From NCBI GenBank assembly GCA_963662585.1, contig OY759729.1, positions 3,232,031-3,296,030 of the forward strand: DNA of 64,000 bases, given 5' to 3'. The first letter of the stretch is position 1; each line of letters begins with the position of its first letter. Below, piece by piece: positions 1 to 10,720 of this stretch. The DNA comes from Candidatus Cloacimonadales bacterium (GTDB lineage Bacteria; Cloacimonadota; Cloacimonadia; Cloacimonadales; JAFGVF01). The notes under the pieces are model-generated. The model saw only the letters and a list, made by a program, of their open reading frames with translations, was not told the DNA's origin and searched no databases. Made by a program: the position numbers and the translations under genes.

Positions 1-2
1 TA

Positions 3-1487
3 ACCACAGCTTTAGCTTTCGCTGAAGAAGGTGATGTTATTGTATTATTGGGCAAAGGTCATGAGAATTATCAAGAAATTAATGGGGAAAAACTTCATTT
101 TTCTGATGCTGAAGTAGCTAAAAGCTATAAGGAAACTCTAGTATCTGAGAAATTGGCAATTCCTTATGATACCATAAATTTACTTGACTTAAAGCAAAAA
201 TTCTTTGAATATTATAATAGAGAAGAATTTGCAAACTTATCTAGGCTTGTGATAAAAGATATATCCACAGATTCTCGAAGTATTACAGAAAATAGCCTTT
301 TCATAGCTATCAAGGGAGACAAATTCGATGGTAATGACTACATCGCTAATCTTTTAGAAAAGAATCCAAGCTGTTATGCTATAGGTGAGATTTCTTATGA
401 CTCAGATAGATATCTGCAAGTAGATAATGCTCTTCACTTTTACGGATTTTTAGCAAAAAGATATTTAAATCTATTTAATCTCAAAAAAATAGCTATTACG
501 GGAAGCACAGGAAAGACTACTACCAAGGAGATTATTACTAATATCTTGCAGGAGAGCTCTTCAGTATTAAAGACTTTGGGAAATGAAAATAACTATATTG
601 GCTTACCAAGAACAATCTTTAGAGTAAAAATCCAAGATCAATATGGTGTCTTTGAAATTGGTACCAATAACTTTGGAGAAATAGAGTATCTTAGTAATAT
701 TATCCAACCTAATATTGCCTTAATAACATCTGTAGATTCAGCTCATTTAGAAAAATTACAATCTATTGAAGGTGTCTATAGAGAAAAAACATCTTTGTTT
801 AATAGAAAGTTAGATAAGATCCTTTTCCCTGGAGATAATGAACTGTTTGCTAATTATAAATCTCAAGAGTACCATAACTTAGCCTTCTCAGTCGGGAAAA
901 ATAGTGACAATAGTTTTGTCTATGACATCTGTGATATGAATAATGAGACGATGAACATTAAAATCAATAATTCTCAGTATGAAGTAACTAACCAAATCCC
1001 ATATTTTGGTTTGAATTATGCCTATGCAATTTCACTTTGTAAGTTATTAGAAGTTAATATAAATGATATAATCTACGGATTGAAAAAGAAACTTAATATC
1101 GACCACAGAATGAATATCATTAACAAAGATAAACAAGTTATTATTGCTGATTGCTATAATGCAAATCCAAAATCAATGAAAGAAGCAATTAAGTTTTGGT
1201 CTGATTTCAAACCAGAATTAAGTCATATAGCTGTTTTGGGTGATATGTTAGAATTAGGTAATGAAGGAGAAAAACTTCATTTAGAAATAAAAGAGCTTTT
1301 GACAACTTTACCAGATATTAAAGTTTTTACTGTTGGGAAACTATCAAAATTATTAAATAGTAATCTTCATTTCGCAAGTGTAGAGGAGCTAATTAACTCA
1401 GAACATTTTAGTGAACTAAAAGAGGGAGTAATTCTACTCAAAGGTTCACACGGAATTCATTTAGAAAAAATAGTGGAGTGTTTATAG
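3..1487 (+). CDS. murF: Bifunctional MurE-MurF fusion, 5'-truncated by the window edge: MurE C-terminal end followed by complete MurF
   Basis: Frame is open from base 3 ([24 protein letters not shown]...FSD, the MurE C-terminal motif) and continues without a stop into MurF motifs ([40 protein letters not shown]). Confidence 0.9.
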   Translation, partial: TTALAFAEEGDVIVLLGKGHENYQEINGEKLHFSDAEVAKSYKETLVSEKLAIPYDTINLLDLKQKFFEYYNREEFANLSRLVIKDISTDSRSITENSLFIAIKGDKFDGNDYIANLLEKNPSCYAIGEISYDSDRYLQVDNALHFYGFLAKRYLNLFNLKKIAITGSTGKTTTKEIITNILQESSSVLKTLGNENNYIGLPRTIFRVKIQDQYGVFEIGTNNFGEIEYLSNIIQPNIALITSVDSAHLEKLQSIEGVYREKTSLFNRKLDKILFPGDNELFANYKSQEYHNLAFSVGKNSDNSFVYDICDMNNETMNIKINNSQYEVTNQIPYFGLNYAYAISLCKLLEVNINDIIYGLKKKLNIDHRMNIINKDKQVIIADCYNANPKSMKEAIKFWSDFKPELSHIAVLGDMLELGNEGEKLHLEIKELLTTLPDIKVFTVGKLSKLLNSNLHFASVEELINSEHFSELKEGVILLKGSHGIHLEKIVECL

Positions 1488-2587
1488 TGTTATATCATTT
1501 ATTAAGTCAATATATGACGATCTTTAACCCTTTAAGGGTATTCAACTATGTTACTTTTAGATCAGCAGGTGCTTTTATTACTGCTTTAATTTTTAGTTAT
1601 CTGTTTGGTCCATGGATTATTAAGACCCTTAAACATCACTTAGCTGTTGAAACTATTGATGAAGATATGCCTGATAGACACCAAGCTAAACAAGGGACTC
1701 CTACAATGGGTGGGCTTATTATTCTGACAGGTCTTCTTGGTTCGTCTTTACTATGGACTAGACTTGATAATTCTTATATCTGGATGATGTATCTAACAAC
1801 TCTCTGGCTAGGAATATTTGGTTTTGTAGATGATTACTTAAAGAACTTTGCTAAGTCAAAGAAAGGTTTAATACCTAAGTATAAGCTCATGGGACAAGTT
1901 AGTTTATCCCTTCTCATAGCAATAATTCTCTACTTCAGTAGTGATTTTGAGTATTTAGCCTATATTGACATGCCTTTCTTAAAACATGTTTCCCTAAATC
2001 TAGGAATAGCTTTCATCCCTATAGTTGTTTTCATTGTTGTCGGTACATCAAATGCTGTGAATTTAACAAATGGACTTGATGGTTTAGCAGAAGGCATCTG
2101 TGCTATTGTTGCAGTTGGACTTGGTATAATGTCTTATTTAAAAGGTAATATAAACTATGCAGACTATTTGAATCTTGGTTTCATACCTAAAGCTGGTGAA
2201 TTAACAGTATTTATTGCTGCATTAGTAGGAACATTAATAGGTTTCCTTTGGTATAATTGCCGACCAGCAGAGATTTTTATGGGAGATACAGGTTCTCTAC
2301 CTCTCGGTGGTATTCTTGCTATGTTATCTATTCTACTAAGAGAGCAAATCTTCCTGGCAATCGTAGGCTTTATGTTTATTGCTGAAGCAATGTCTGTTAT
2401 TATGCAAGTAAGATATTTTAAATATACAAAGAAAAAATTCGGTGTTGGAAAGAGAATTTTCAAAATGGCCCCTTTACACCATCATTATGAAATATTAGGT
2501 TTTGCTGAATCCAAGATAGTAGTCCGATTTTGGATAATCACTATACTATTGTTAGTTATCGGACTAAGTACTATAAAACTTAGGTAG
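1487..2587 (+). CDS. mraY: Phospho-N-acetylmuramoyl-pentapeptide transferase
   Basis: KQGTPTMGG, GFVDDY, SNAVNLTNGLDGL, FMGDTGS and APLHHHYE motifs. Likely GTG start at 1487 overlaps the murF stop, with GGAG at 1475-1478 (ORF track starts at 1478). Confidence 0.96.
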   Translation: MLYHLLSQYMTIFNPLRVFNYVTFRSAGAFITALIFSYLFGPWIIKTLKHHLAVETIDEDMPDRHQAKQGTPTMGGLIILTGLLGSSLLWTRLDNSYIWMMYLTTLWLGIFGFVDDYLKNFAKSKKGLIPKYKLMGQVSLSLLIAIILYFSSDFEYLAYIDMPFLKHVSLNLGIAFIPIVVFIVVGTSNAVNLTNGLDGLAEGICAIVAVGLGIMSYLKGNINYADYLNLGFIPKAGELTVFIAALVGTLIGFLWYNCRPAEIFMGDTGSLPLGGILAMLSILLREQIFLAIVGFMFIAEAMSVIMQVRYFKYTKKKFGVGKRIFKMAPLHHHYEILGFAESKIVVRFWIITILLLVIGLSTIKLR

Positions 2588-2597
2588 GAGAATCAAG

Positions 2598-3929
2598 ATG
2601 AAGAAAATAGGAATACTAGGAATCGCAAGAAGTGGACTATCTGCAGCTTTAAAAGCCAAACAATTAGGCTATGAAGTTTTCATATCTGAATATAAGAAAC
2701 TTGAAGATTGCGAGCTTGACTTAAATGATTTAAATGGTATTGAATATGAATTTGGCGGACACTCTGATAGAATCTTAGAATATCCTCAAATCATTGTTTC
2801 ACCAGGAATTCCTCTTAATACTCCTATCATTAAGAAACTTCAAGCTAATGGGAATGAACTATTAAGTGAAATTGAATTTGGCTACAGGATCAAACATCCA
2901 GCTACTAAAATCATTGCTGTTACAGGTTCTAATGGGAAAAGTACTACAGTTTCTCTTATCTATCATATTCTAAATGAACTAAACATAAAAGTTGCCTTAG
3001 GGGGTAACATTGGTATTGCTTTTACCAGTTTACCTATCGAAAAATATGTATATGATTTCGTAATCCTAGAACTTAGTAGTTTTCAACTAGATTTAGTAAC
3101 TAGCTTCAGGCCTGAAGTTGCAGTCTTGTTAAATATTACTCCTGATCATCTAAATCGCTATGACTCATTTGATGATTATTCTCTTTCTAAGTTCAATATC
3201 TTTAGAATGCAGAAGGCGAATGACACTGCAATAATTTTTGACACTGATAGACAAATAAATAGCTTCTTACATTTAATACCCAGTAGAATTAAGAGATTTA
3301 GCTTAAAAGAAAAGAGCGATGTTCACTTAGAAAACTCAACTCTGTCTACAGCAAAACTTAAAATCGATGTTAATGAAACAACATTAAGAGGAGAACATAA
3401 TATCCTCAACATTATGGCTACTATGCTTGTTTTAGAAACTCTTCCTCTGAACTTAGATAATGAACAAGTAGGGAAAGCATTTTCTACTTTTAAGGGTTTA
3501 GCTCACAGATTAGAATTTGTAGCAGATATTCAAGGCAGAACTTTTGTTAATGACTCTAAAGCAACAAATACTGATTCTGTAAAATATGCCTTAAGTGCAT
3601 TTAAACAGAAAGTAAGAATAATCATGGGTGGTTCTGATAAAGGTGAAGACTTTGGTGTTCTCTTAGAACATTTAAATATTTATGCTAAAAAGTTATATTT
3701 AATTGGTGAAACTAAAAATAAAATGAGTGAACAGTTTAAAGATTTCTCACCTAAAGAAATATTTTCTAATTTAGAGGAAGCTGTAATACAGGCTTTTAAA
3801 GATTCTTCTGAAAATGATATCATTCTTTTATCTCCTGCATGTGCTAGTTATGATTCATATAAAAACTACGAACATCGTGGGGAAAGTTTTAAGGATATCG
3901 TTAAAAGGTTAAAATCTAATGAGCAATAA
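2598..3929 (+). CDS. murD: UDP-N-acetylmuramoyl-L-alanine--D-glutamate ligase
   Basis: VSPGIP, AVTGSNGKSTT, ELSSFQL, NITPDHL, NDSKATN and LLSPACASYD motifs. Confidence 0.97.
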   Translation: MKKIGILGIARSGLSAALKAKQLGYEVFISEYKKLEDCELDLNDLNGIEYEFGGHSDRILEYPQIIVSPGIPLNTPIIKKLQANGNELLSEIEFGYRIKHPATKIIAVTGSNGKSTTVSLIYHILNELNIKVALGGNIGIAFTSLPIEKYVYDFVILELSSFQLDLVTSFRPEVAVLLNITPDHLNRYDSFDDYSLSKFNIFRMQKANDTAIIFDTDRQINSFLHLIPSRIKRFSLKEKSDVHLENSTLSTAKLKIDVNETTLRGEHNILNIMATMLVLETLPLNLDNEQVGKAFSTFKGLAHRLEFVADIQGRTFVNDSKATNTDSVKYALSAFKQKVRIIMGGSDKGEDFGVLLEHLNIYAKKLYLIGETKNKMSEQFKDFSPKEIFSNLEEAVIQAFKDSSENDIILLSPACASYDSYKNYEHRGESFKDIVKRLKSNEQ

Positions 3930-5049
3930 AATCTTAAAAGTAGATAAAATAGCTAGTGTATTATATATATTACTAACTATTATAGGTCTAATTACTTTAC
4001 TCTATTATTCCAAAGCTAATAGTATCAGCTCATTAATGAAACAAGGATTATTCTTTGCCCCTTTATCTTGGGCAGTTGTTTATGCCTTCATAAAAAAAGG
4101 TGATGTTAACTTCTTTAAGAAAAAGGAAAATCTTCATTATGCACTTTCTACACTACTTTTAATAGCAGTTTTATTATTTGGTAAAGAAGTATTAGGTGCA
4201 AAAAGAAGTTTAAATTTGATATTTTTTACTTTTCAACCAAGTTACTATACGAGAATAATACTAATCAGTTCTTTATCCATTTATATAGCTAAATATCAAG
4301 ACTTATTGCTAGAAAATAAACTTAAAGAGTTTATAATAAAGTCAGGAAAATTCGTAATTTTTTATATAGGATCACTATTTCTAATTTTAAAAGAACCTCA
4401 TTTTAGTGTGTTAGCTATTACTACAGGATCACTATTTCTAATGCTATTTTTAGCAGGTTTAAATAGGAAGATAGTAATGATGGCAGTTCTTGCAGGTCTT
4501 ATATTGGTATCAGGACTTTTCTTCTTTGGTGCAAGTTATCGTGGAGAAAGAGTAAAGGTCTTTTTAAAGTACAGTCTTTTAAATCCTAATCGTGATAAAG
4601 TTCAAGTCACTGCTGATAAAGAAAGGCAGATTGTTGAAAGTTTAGGAGCTCTATCAGCAGGTGGAATGTGGGGAACAAAGTCAGATTTTGGTAGTGCTGC
4701 TCGTAACTTTGTTCCTGAAGCTGATACAGATTATATTTTCTCTTTCATTGGAGAAGAATATGGTTTTATTATTTCCTCCTTTATCTTAATAATATTCTTT
4801 GCTCTATTTTTTAGATTATTTATTCTGAGTGCTAAAGTCAATGATTTATATAGACGATATTTAGCCATGGGCTTGAGTTTAAACTTTATCTTCACTGTGA
4901 TCGTTAATATTGGTGTGGCTATCTCAACCTTACCTTCGACAGGTGTCTCTCTACCTTTTATAAGTTATGGAGGTTCTGCTTTCTTGATGGACTCATTAAG
5001 TTTGTCGATAGTATTAAATATTATAGCTAGAGAAGGGAGAATAAAATGA
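3919..5049 (+). CDS. ftsW: SEDS-family peptidoglycan polymerase FtsW
   Basis: Multi-TM protein with GAKR, FQPS, PEADTDYIF..IGEE and TGVSLPFISYGGS motifs, located between murD and murG. Confidence 0.92.
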   Translation: MSNKILKVDKIASVLYILLTIIGLITLLYYSKANSISSLMKQGLFFAPLSWAVVYAFIKKGDVNFFKKKENLHYALSTLLLIAVLLFGKEVLGAKRSLNLIFFTFQPSYYTRIILISSLSIYIAKYQDLLLENKLKEFIIKSGKFVIFYIGSLFLILKEPHFSVLAITTGSLFLMLFLAGLNRKIVMMAVLAGLILVSGLFFFGASYRGERVKVFLKYSLLNPNRDKVQVTADKERQIVESLGALSAGGMWGTKSDFGSAARNFVPEADTDYIFSFIGEEYGFIISSFILIIFFALFFRLFILSAKVNDLYRRYLAMGLSLNFIFTVIVNIGVAISTLPSTGVSLPFISYGGSAFLMDSLSLSIVLNIIAREGRIK

Positions 5050-6116
5050 AGTTTATAATCTCAGCAGGCGGAACTGGCGGACATATTATGCCAGCCATTA
5101 GTATTGCAGAAGAGTTGAAAAAACGAGGACATGAAATTCTTTTCATCGGTAACCAAAACAGTATGGAAGAACAAATAGTAAAAAAAAAAGGAATTGAATT
5201 TGAAGCCATTAATGTTCAAAAGCTATATAGGAAAATCACTCTTAAACATATTCTCTTTCCCTTTAAACTATTTAATAGCATCTCTAAAGTTAAGAAGATA
5301 TATAAAAGATTTAAACCTAATGCCTATATAGGTTGCGGTGGATTTGTTAGTGGCCCTTCAGGATTCGTAGCTCGAGGAAAAAAAGTTCCTTACTATCTTC
5401 AAGAACAAAACAGTTATCCTGGATTAACTACTCGTGCTTTAGAGGCAAGTGCTAAGAAAATATTCATCGGACAAAAGGATGCTAAGAATTACTTAAAAAA
5501 CAATAACATAATTTATAGTGGTAATCCCTTAAATAAGAACTTAGTAAATTCCACAAAAATAGCAGATATGTCTGAATACAGTTTTGATCAAGGGAAAAAG
5601 ACTATTTTCCTAATCGGTGGTAGTCAAGGTTCTCAGTTTTTAAATAATATTCTTAATAAATCACTAGATAAAATATTAGAAAAGTATAATGTGATTTGGC
5701 AACTTGGAGTGAATAATGTAGCTGAATTTACTGAAATTCATAAAGGGAAGAAAGGGCTTTTTATGTTTGGTTTCTCTTATGAAATTGATGCCCTTTATAA
5801 CATCGCCGATATTGCTATATGCAGGTCAGGAGCGATAACTATTGCCGAATTAGAAGCAAAAAAAATACCTGCAATTTTAATCCCTCTACCTACGGCAGCT
5901 GAAAATCACCAGTACAAAAATGCTCTGGAACAATCAGCTAAAAATATTGCTATTATTTTAGAACAAAATAATCTTGACGATAAAACTCTTCTTACAGAAA
6001 TAGACAAGTTGAGAGATAAATTCAATTATTATAAAAATAATTTCGGACAATGTGTCCATACTAATGCGGTTGATACAATCGTAAATTCTATTTTAGAATC
6101 ACTTAATGAGGAATAA
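5046..6116 (+). CDS. murG: Lipid I N-acetylglucosaminyltransferase MurG
   Basis: GGTGGHI, GGFVSGP, EQNSYPG, GGSQG, RSGA and HQYKNA motifs. Confidence 0.97.
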   Translation: MKFIISAGGTGGHIMPAISIAEELKKRGHEILFIGNQNSMEEQIVKKKGIEFEAINVQKLYRKITLKHILFPFKLFNSISKVKKIYKRFKPNAYIGCGGFVSGPSGFVARGKKVPYYLQEQNSYPGLTTRALEASAKKIFIGQKDAKNYLKNNNIIYSGNPLNKNLVNSTKIADMSEYSFDQGKKTIFLIGGSQGSQFLNNILNKSLDKILEKYNVIWQLGVNNVAEFTEIHKGKKGLFMFGFSYEIDALYNIADIAICRSGAITIAELEAKKIPAILIPLPTAAENHQYKNALEQSAKNIAIILEQNNLDDKTLLTEIDKLRDKFNYYKNNFGQCVHTNAVDTIVNSILESLNEE

Positions 6117-6117
6117 A

Positions 6118-7491
6118 ATGCTTGGTAGAACAAAAAGAATACATTTTGTAGGAATTGGTGGAATAGGGATGAGCAGTATTGCAGAACTCTTGCATAATCA
6201 AGGCTTGACTATTTCCGGTTCTGATATGAAGAAGAGTGAAGTAACCCATCATTTAGAAGAGATTGGAATACCTATTGTTGAGGGACATGCTCCTGAAAAT
6301 ATTGGTGAGGTTGATGTTGTAGTAAGATCTTCAGCTGTCAAAGATGATAATCTAGAGATAATTACTGCAAAGAAACTTCGCATTCCAGTTATTAGAAGAG
6401 CTGAGATGCTTGCCGAAATTACTAGAATGAGTTTTAGTATCGGAATTGCTGGTACTCACGGTAAAACAACGACAACCTCTATGGTTGGTATAATGTTGGA
6501 GAAGGCCAAGTTAGACCCAACAATTATAGTTGGTGGTATGGTTAAAAACTTTGGTTCTAATAATCTTATGGGTTCTGGAAAATACATTGTCGTAGAAGCT
6601 GATGAGTATGATCATTCATTTCTTACTTTAACCCCAATCATTGCAGGAATTACCAATATCGATGCTGATCATTTAGATTGTTATAGTAACTTAGATGATA
6701 TTAAATCTGCTTTTCTTACTTATGCTGAAAAAGTACCCTTCTTTGGCTCAGTAATAGCCTGTTTAGATGACAAGGGTGTTCAGGCAGTACTTCCTAAAAT
6801 AACAAAAAATATTGTAACTTATGGTTTTTCCAAGCAAGCAGATGTTCGAGCTGAAAACATAGAAATGATAGATTTTACTAGCTCTTATGATTTAATCTAT
6901 AAGAATTATAAAATGGGAAACATAAAACTCCAAGTAACAGGTAAACATAATATTTTAAATTCACTATTAGCTTGTTCAGTTGGATTAGAGTTAGATATTC
7001 CTTTCACTGCGATTCAAGAAGGATTATACGAATACAAAGGTGTTTATCGTAGATTCGAGAACAAAGGTACTTATAAAGGGATATCGATATTTGATGATTA
7101 TGCTCACCATCCAACAGAGATAATGGCTACTTTAGATGGCTTTAGAGATAGTACCAATAGAAGAATTGTTGTTCTATTTCAACCTCATCTATATTCACGC
7201 ACTAGAGATTTTGCCAAAGAATTTGGTAGAGCTTTCTTCTCTTGCGATAAACTGTATATAGCTCCAATCTACCCAGCTCGCGAGCTTCCAATTCCAGGCG
7301 TTACAGGAGAATTAATTGTCGATGAGGCAATTCATTCTGGACACAAAAATGTCACATATATTGATAAAGAAGATGAGATTGTTGATAAAGTACTTCAAGA
7401 GTTAGAAGAAGGTGATATCTTTATAACAATGGGTGCGGGAAGAGTCTTTAAATTTGGAGAACAGGTAATAGATAGTTTAAGTGGAGAATAG
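6118..7491 (+). CDS. murC: UDP-N-acetylmuramate--L-alanine ligase
   Basis: IHFVGIGGIGMS, AGTHGKTTTT, EADEYD, DDYAHHPTE and FQPHLYSRT motifs. ATG 6118 follows GAGGA (ORF track starts at 6106). Confidence 0.97.
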   Translation: MLGRTKRIHFVGIGGIGMSSIAELLHNQGLTISGSDMKKSEVTHHLEEIGIPIVEGHAPENIGEVDVVVRSSAVKDDNLEIITAKKLRIPVIRRAEMLAEITRMSFSIGIAGTHGKTTTTSMVGIMLEKAKLDPTIIVGGMVKNFGSNNLMGSGKYIVVEADEYDHSFLTLTPIIAGITNIDADHLDCYSNLDDIKSAFLTYAEKVPFFGSVIACLDDKGVQAVLPKITKNIVTYGFSKQADVRAENIEMIDFTSSYDLIYKNYKMGNIKLQVTGKHNILNSLLACSVGLELDIPFTAIQEGLYEYKGVYRRFENKGTYKGISIFDDYAHHPTEIMATLDGFRDSTNRRIVVLFQPHLYSRTRDFAKEFGRAFFSCDKLYIAPIYPARELPIPGVTGELIVDEAIHSGHKNVTYIDKEDEIVDKVLQELEEGDIFITMGAGRVFKFGEQVIDSLSGE

Positions 7492-7496
7492 TCTGA

Positions 7497-8264
7497 ATGA
7501 ATAATACTTCAAAGGGAGTCCTGATAAGAGGTTCCAGAAGATATTTTGTTTATTTCTTTTTTTCTATTGTTTTAATTGTTTTAACAGGATTAGGGACTTT
7601 TGAAATTATCAAGAGAACAGATCTTTTAAAGTTAGAAAAAGTAACAGTTATTGGTGATTCAGAAGAATTGAATTTTCATATTGAGCAAGATTTAAGTAGA
7701 TATTTTGGAATTAATTTGTATAAACTAAATCTTGAAGATATCTCCGATACATTAATGATTGATTATCCAATTATTAATGATCTGAAAATTAATCGAAGAA
7801 TACTTAATAGACTTAAAGTAAGATATTTAATGGAGAACCCTTTTACCATAATCAATTTTACTGATGGAAAGAATTATTATGCTAGCAGAGAATTGAAGTT
7901 ATTAGAAAGAGTCAATTATGGATATCTTCAAGAATCTTTACCTGTAATAACAGCCAAGTTAAATTCTAAAGATTATGTCATAGGAACTGTTATTCAAGAT
8001 AGCACTACTAAAGTAATGGCAGATTATTTATCGCAGGTATTAGATGTTAGACCTGATTTTCAGGATAAGATATCAGATGTTTTTATTAAGAATAATAAGG
8101 TTTATTTTAGAGAAATATTTCGAGGCAATATAGTATATTTCGGCTACGATAATATAAATGAAAAGATTGATCTGTTTATGAGTTATTTCAGCTCATTTTC
8201 CTCAGGTCTATATATTGATGTAAGCTATAAGAATCAAATAGTAACAAGCAAAGCAGATTTTTAA
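7497..8264 (+). CDS. ftsQ: Cell division protein FtsQ/DivIB-like
   Basis: Single N-terminal TM, POTRA-like segment and C-terminal YIDVSYKNQIV; lies between murC and ftsA. Confidence 0.75.
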   Translation: MNNTSKGVLIRGSRRYFVYFFFSIVLIVLTGLGTFEIIKRTDLLKLEKVTVIGDSEELNFHIEQDLSRYFGINLYKLNLEDISDTLMIDYPIINDLKINRRILNRLKVRYLMENPFTIINFTDGKNYYASRELKLLERVNYGYLQESLPVITAKLNSKDYVIGTVIQDSTTKVMADYLSQVLDVRPDFQDKISDVFIKNNKVYFREIFRGNIVYFGYDNINEKIDLFMSYFSSFSSGLYIDVSYKNQIVTSKADF

Positions 8265-8274
8265 TGGAGTTAGA

Positions 8275-9525
8275 ATGGGAAGTAATTTAGTAACAGTAGT
8301 TGACTTAGGGTCTTCAAAAATATTAGCTATCACAGCTGAAATCTTTGGAGACAAGACCATTGAAGTCAAAGGTGTTGGAGAAGCACCAGCAACAGGGATT
8401 CAGAAAGGAAAAGTAATTGATATAAAAGACCTTTCAGAATCAATTAAGAAGGCTTTAAACAAGCTAAAAGAGAATTCAGACTTAGATATATATTCTCTAT
8501 TTGTGAGTGTATCAGGTGATTTTATTAAATATATGAATGCTGTTGGTAAGGTAACCTTATCTTCGGAAGGAAAGGCGACAGAGATAAAACAAGAACATAT
8601 CAACTTAGTATTAGAAGATGCTAAGGAGAGTGTTTTAAAGCAGTCAGGTTTAGAGAATTACGAAATAATTCACACTATCCCTAAGTATTTTTTAATTGAT
8701 AATAATTCCGAACATTATAAGCTTCCCTTAATGTTTTCCGGAACAAAGTTATCTGGTGAAATAATCACGATTATGGCAGAAAGAACTGTCCTACAGAATT
8801 TAAGTAAATGCTTTGAAATTAATGCTTATAAAATTGATTCTTTTGTTTTATCAGGATATGCCTCAGCTCTCGGAGTTCTTACTGAGCAGGAGAGAGATCT
8901 AGGCTGTATTTTGATTGATATTGGTTCTGGTGTTTCTGATGCTATGATCTTTAGTAAGAAATATATTCAAGCTATAGCAGTTAATTTAGTAGGTAGTGAA
9001 GATATTACCAAGGATATTTACACAGTACTGAGAACTTTACCTAAGACTGCTAATGATTTAAAAATTGGGCTTTCTCAGTTAGATTATAATAAGTATGATT
9101 TTACCAAAGAAATTGAATATAGAACTTTTGATAGAAATATTACAAAGAAAGTACAGTTACAAGTCGTGAAAGAGATTATTGAAAGAAGAATTCAGGATTC
9201 TTTAGAGATTTGTTATAAGGATTTAATTAAGAGTTACAAGCCTGATATGATTTCTGCTGGTTTAGTTTTAACTGGTGGAGCCTGTAACTTAGATATTTAT
9301 ATAGATATTGCAAGAGAGACATTCAATCTTCCTGTAAAAATTGCACTTCCAATAATGGATGGAATTTCAGGTAAGAGTGGAACTCTAAATACTTTAGAAG
9401 CTGTGTCGGCTATTGGGATGCTAAGATATTGTGCTTTAAATCATATTGAATCAAAAACAATATTTCCCAAGAAAATTAATATTAAAAATGTAATTAGTGA
9501 AATTAAGAAATTCTTTTCTGAATAA
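8275..9525 (+). CDS. ftsA: Cell division protein FtsA
   Basis: VDLGSSKI, LIDIGSG and GLVLTGG actin-like motifs; directly before ftsZ. Confidence 0.93.
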   Translation: MGSNLVTVVDLGSSKILAITAEIFGDKTIEVKGVGEAPATGIQKGKVIDIKDLSESIKKALNKLKENSDLDIYSLFVSVSGDFIKYMNAVGKVTLSSEGKATEIKQEHINLVLEDAKESVLKQSGLENYEIIHTIPKYFLIDNNSEHYKLPLMFSGTKLSGEIITIMAERTVLQNLSKCFEINAYKIDSFVLSGYASALGVLTEQERDLGCILIDIGSGVSDAMIFSKKYIQAIAVNLVGSEDITKDIYTVLRTLPKTANDLKIGLSQLDYNKYDFTKEIEYRTFDRNITKKVQLQVVKEIIERRIQDSLEICYKDLIKSYKPDMISAGLVLTGGACNLDIYIDIARETFNLPVKIALPIMDGISGKSGTLNTLEAVSAIGMLRYCALNHIESKTIFPKKINIKNVISEIKKFFSE

Positions 9526-9537
9526 AGAGGAGTAGAG

Positions 9538-10719
9538 ATGTTTGAAATAAATGAAGCTTCAGATTTTGTGTTAACCCAAATTAAAATAGTTGGTGTTGGT
9601 GGTGCGGGTGGAAATGCTATCAATACAATGATTAATAATAAATTAAATAATGTTGAGTTTATTGCTATTAACAGTGATGTTCAGGACTTAAAAAAATCTT
9701 TAGCTCCTAATCTCATTCAAATTGGTCCTAAAGCTACAAACGGTAGAGGAGCAGGTGCTCTTCCTGAGATGGGAGAAAAGGCAGCTGAGGAGTCTTATGA
9801 AGAGATTAAAAAAGCTCTAGTGGGTGCAGATTTAATCTTTTTAGTTGGTGGTATGGGAGGAGGAACAGGAACAGGTGCACTTCCTGTTGTGGCTAAAGCA
9901 GCTAGAGAGATGAATATTCTAACTATGGCCGTAGTTACAAAACCATTCCCTTATGAAGGCAAGGTTAGGACCGATAATGCGGAATTGGGATTAAAGAATC
10001 TGAAAGGTTTTGTGGATACACTGTTAGTAATTCCTAATAATAAAATTTTAGAAAACTTCCCTGATATTGGTGTTGTTGAAGGATTTAGAGAATCAGATAT
10101 GATTATCTATAATGGCGTAAAGTCACTTTCAGATATAATTACCAAGACTGGCTATATCAATGTAGAATTCTCTGATATCAAAACAATTATGAGAAACATG
10201 GGTTATGCTCTCATAGGTTCTGGAGAAGCTGAAGGTGAAGACAGAGCTATTATTGCAGCACAGAAAGCCATTACTAATCCTCTTTTAGGTGATATTTCTA
10301 TTTCGGGCTGTAAAGCTTTATTGGTTAATATCTTTGCTGGAACAGATATGAAAATGAATGAACTAGAAAATGCTTGCAATGCAATTACAAGTCAGACAGG
10401 AAATAATATTATTTGCATCAATGGTTTATTCTGTGACCCTGAATATGATGGAAAAATCAGAGTAACCGTTTTGGCTACTGGTTTAGAAATGGATAATGAA
10501 AAGATGGAATCTTTCTCTCCTATAAGTAAAGCTTCAAAAGCAAAAGAGTATCCAGAAATGGATAATTATGGTATGGCAAAGAATATTAGAGGACTTGGTT
10601 CTCTTCATGATAATTTTGACAGAGATGATGATTTACAAGATCCTGAAGAGAAAACAGAGACCAAAAGAGAAAAACCAATTGAGTCTGAATTGCCTCCATT
10701 TTTAAATTTATTAGATTAA
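9538..10719 (+). CDS. ftsZ: Cell division protein FtsZ
   Basis: GVGGAGGNA, tubulin signature GGMGGGTGTG, and C-terminal ELPPFL peptide. Confidence 0.98.
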   Translation: MFEINEASDFVLTQIKIVGVGGAGGNAINTMINNKLNNVEFIAINSDVQDLKKSLAPNLIQIGPKATNGRGAGALPEMGEKAAEESYEEIKKALVGADLIFLVGGMGGGTGTGALPVVAKAAREMNILTMAVVTKPFPYEGKVRTDNAELGLKNLKGFVDTLLVIPNNKILENFPDIGVVEGFRESDMIIYNGVKSLSDIITKTGYINVEFSDIKTIMRNMGYALIGSGEAEGEDRAIIAAQKAITNPLLGDISISGCKALLVNIFAGTDMKMNELENACNAITSQTGNNIICINGLFCDPEYDGKIRVTVLATGLEMDNEKMESFSPISKASKAKEYPEMDNYGMAKNIRGLGSLHDNFDRDDDLQDPEEKTETKREKPIESELPPFLNLLD

Positions 10720-10720
10720 T

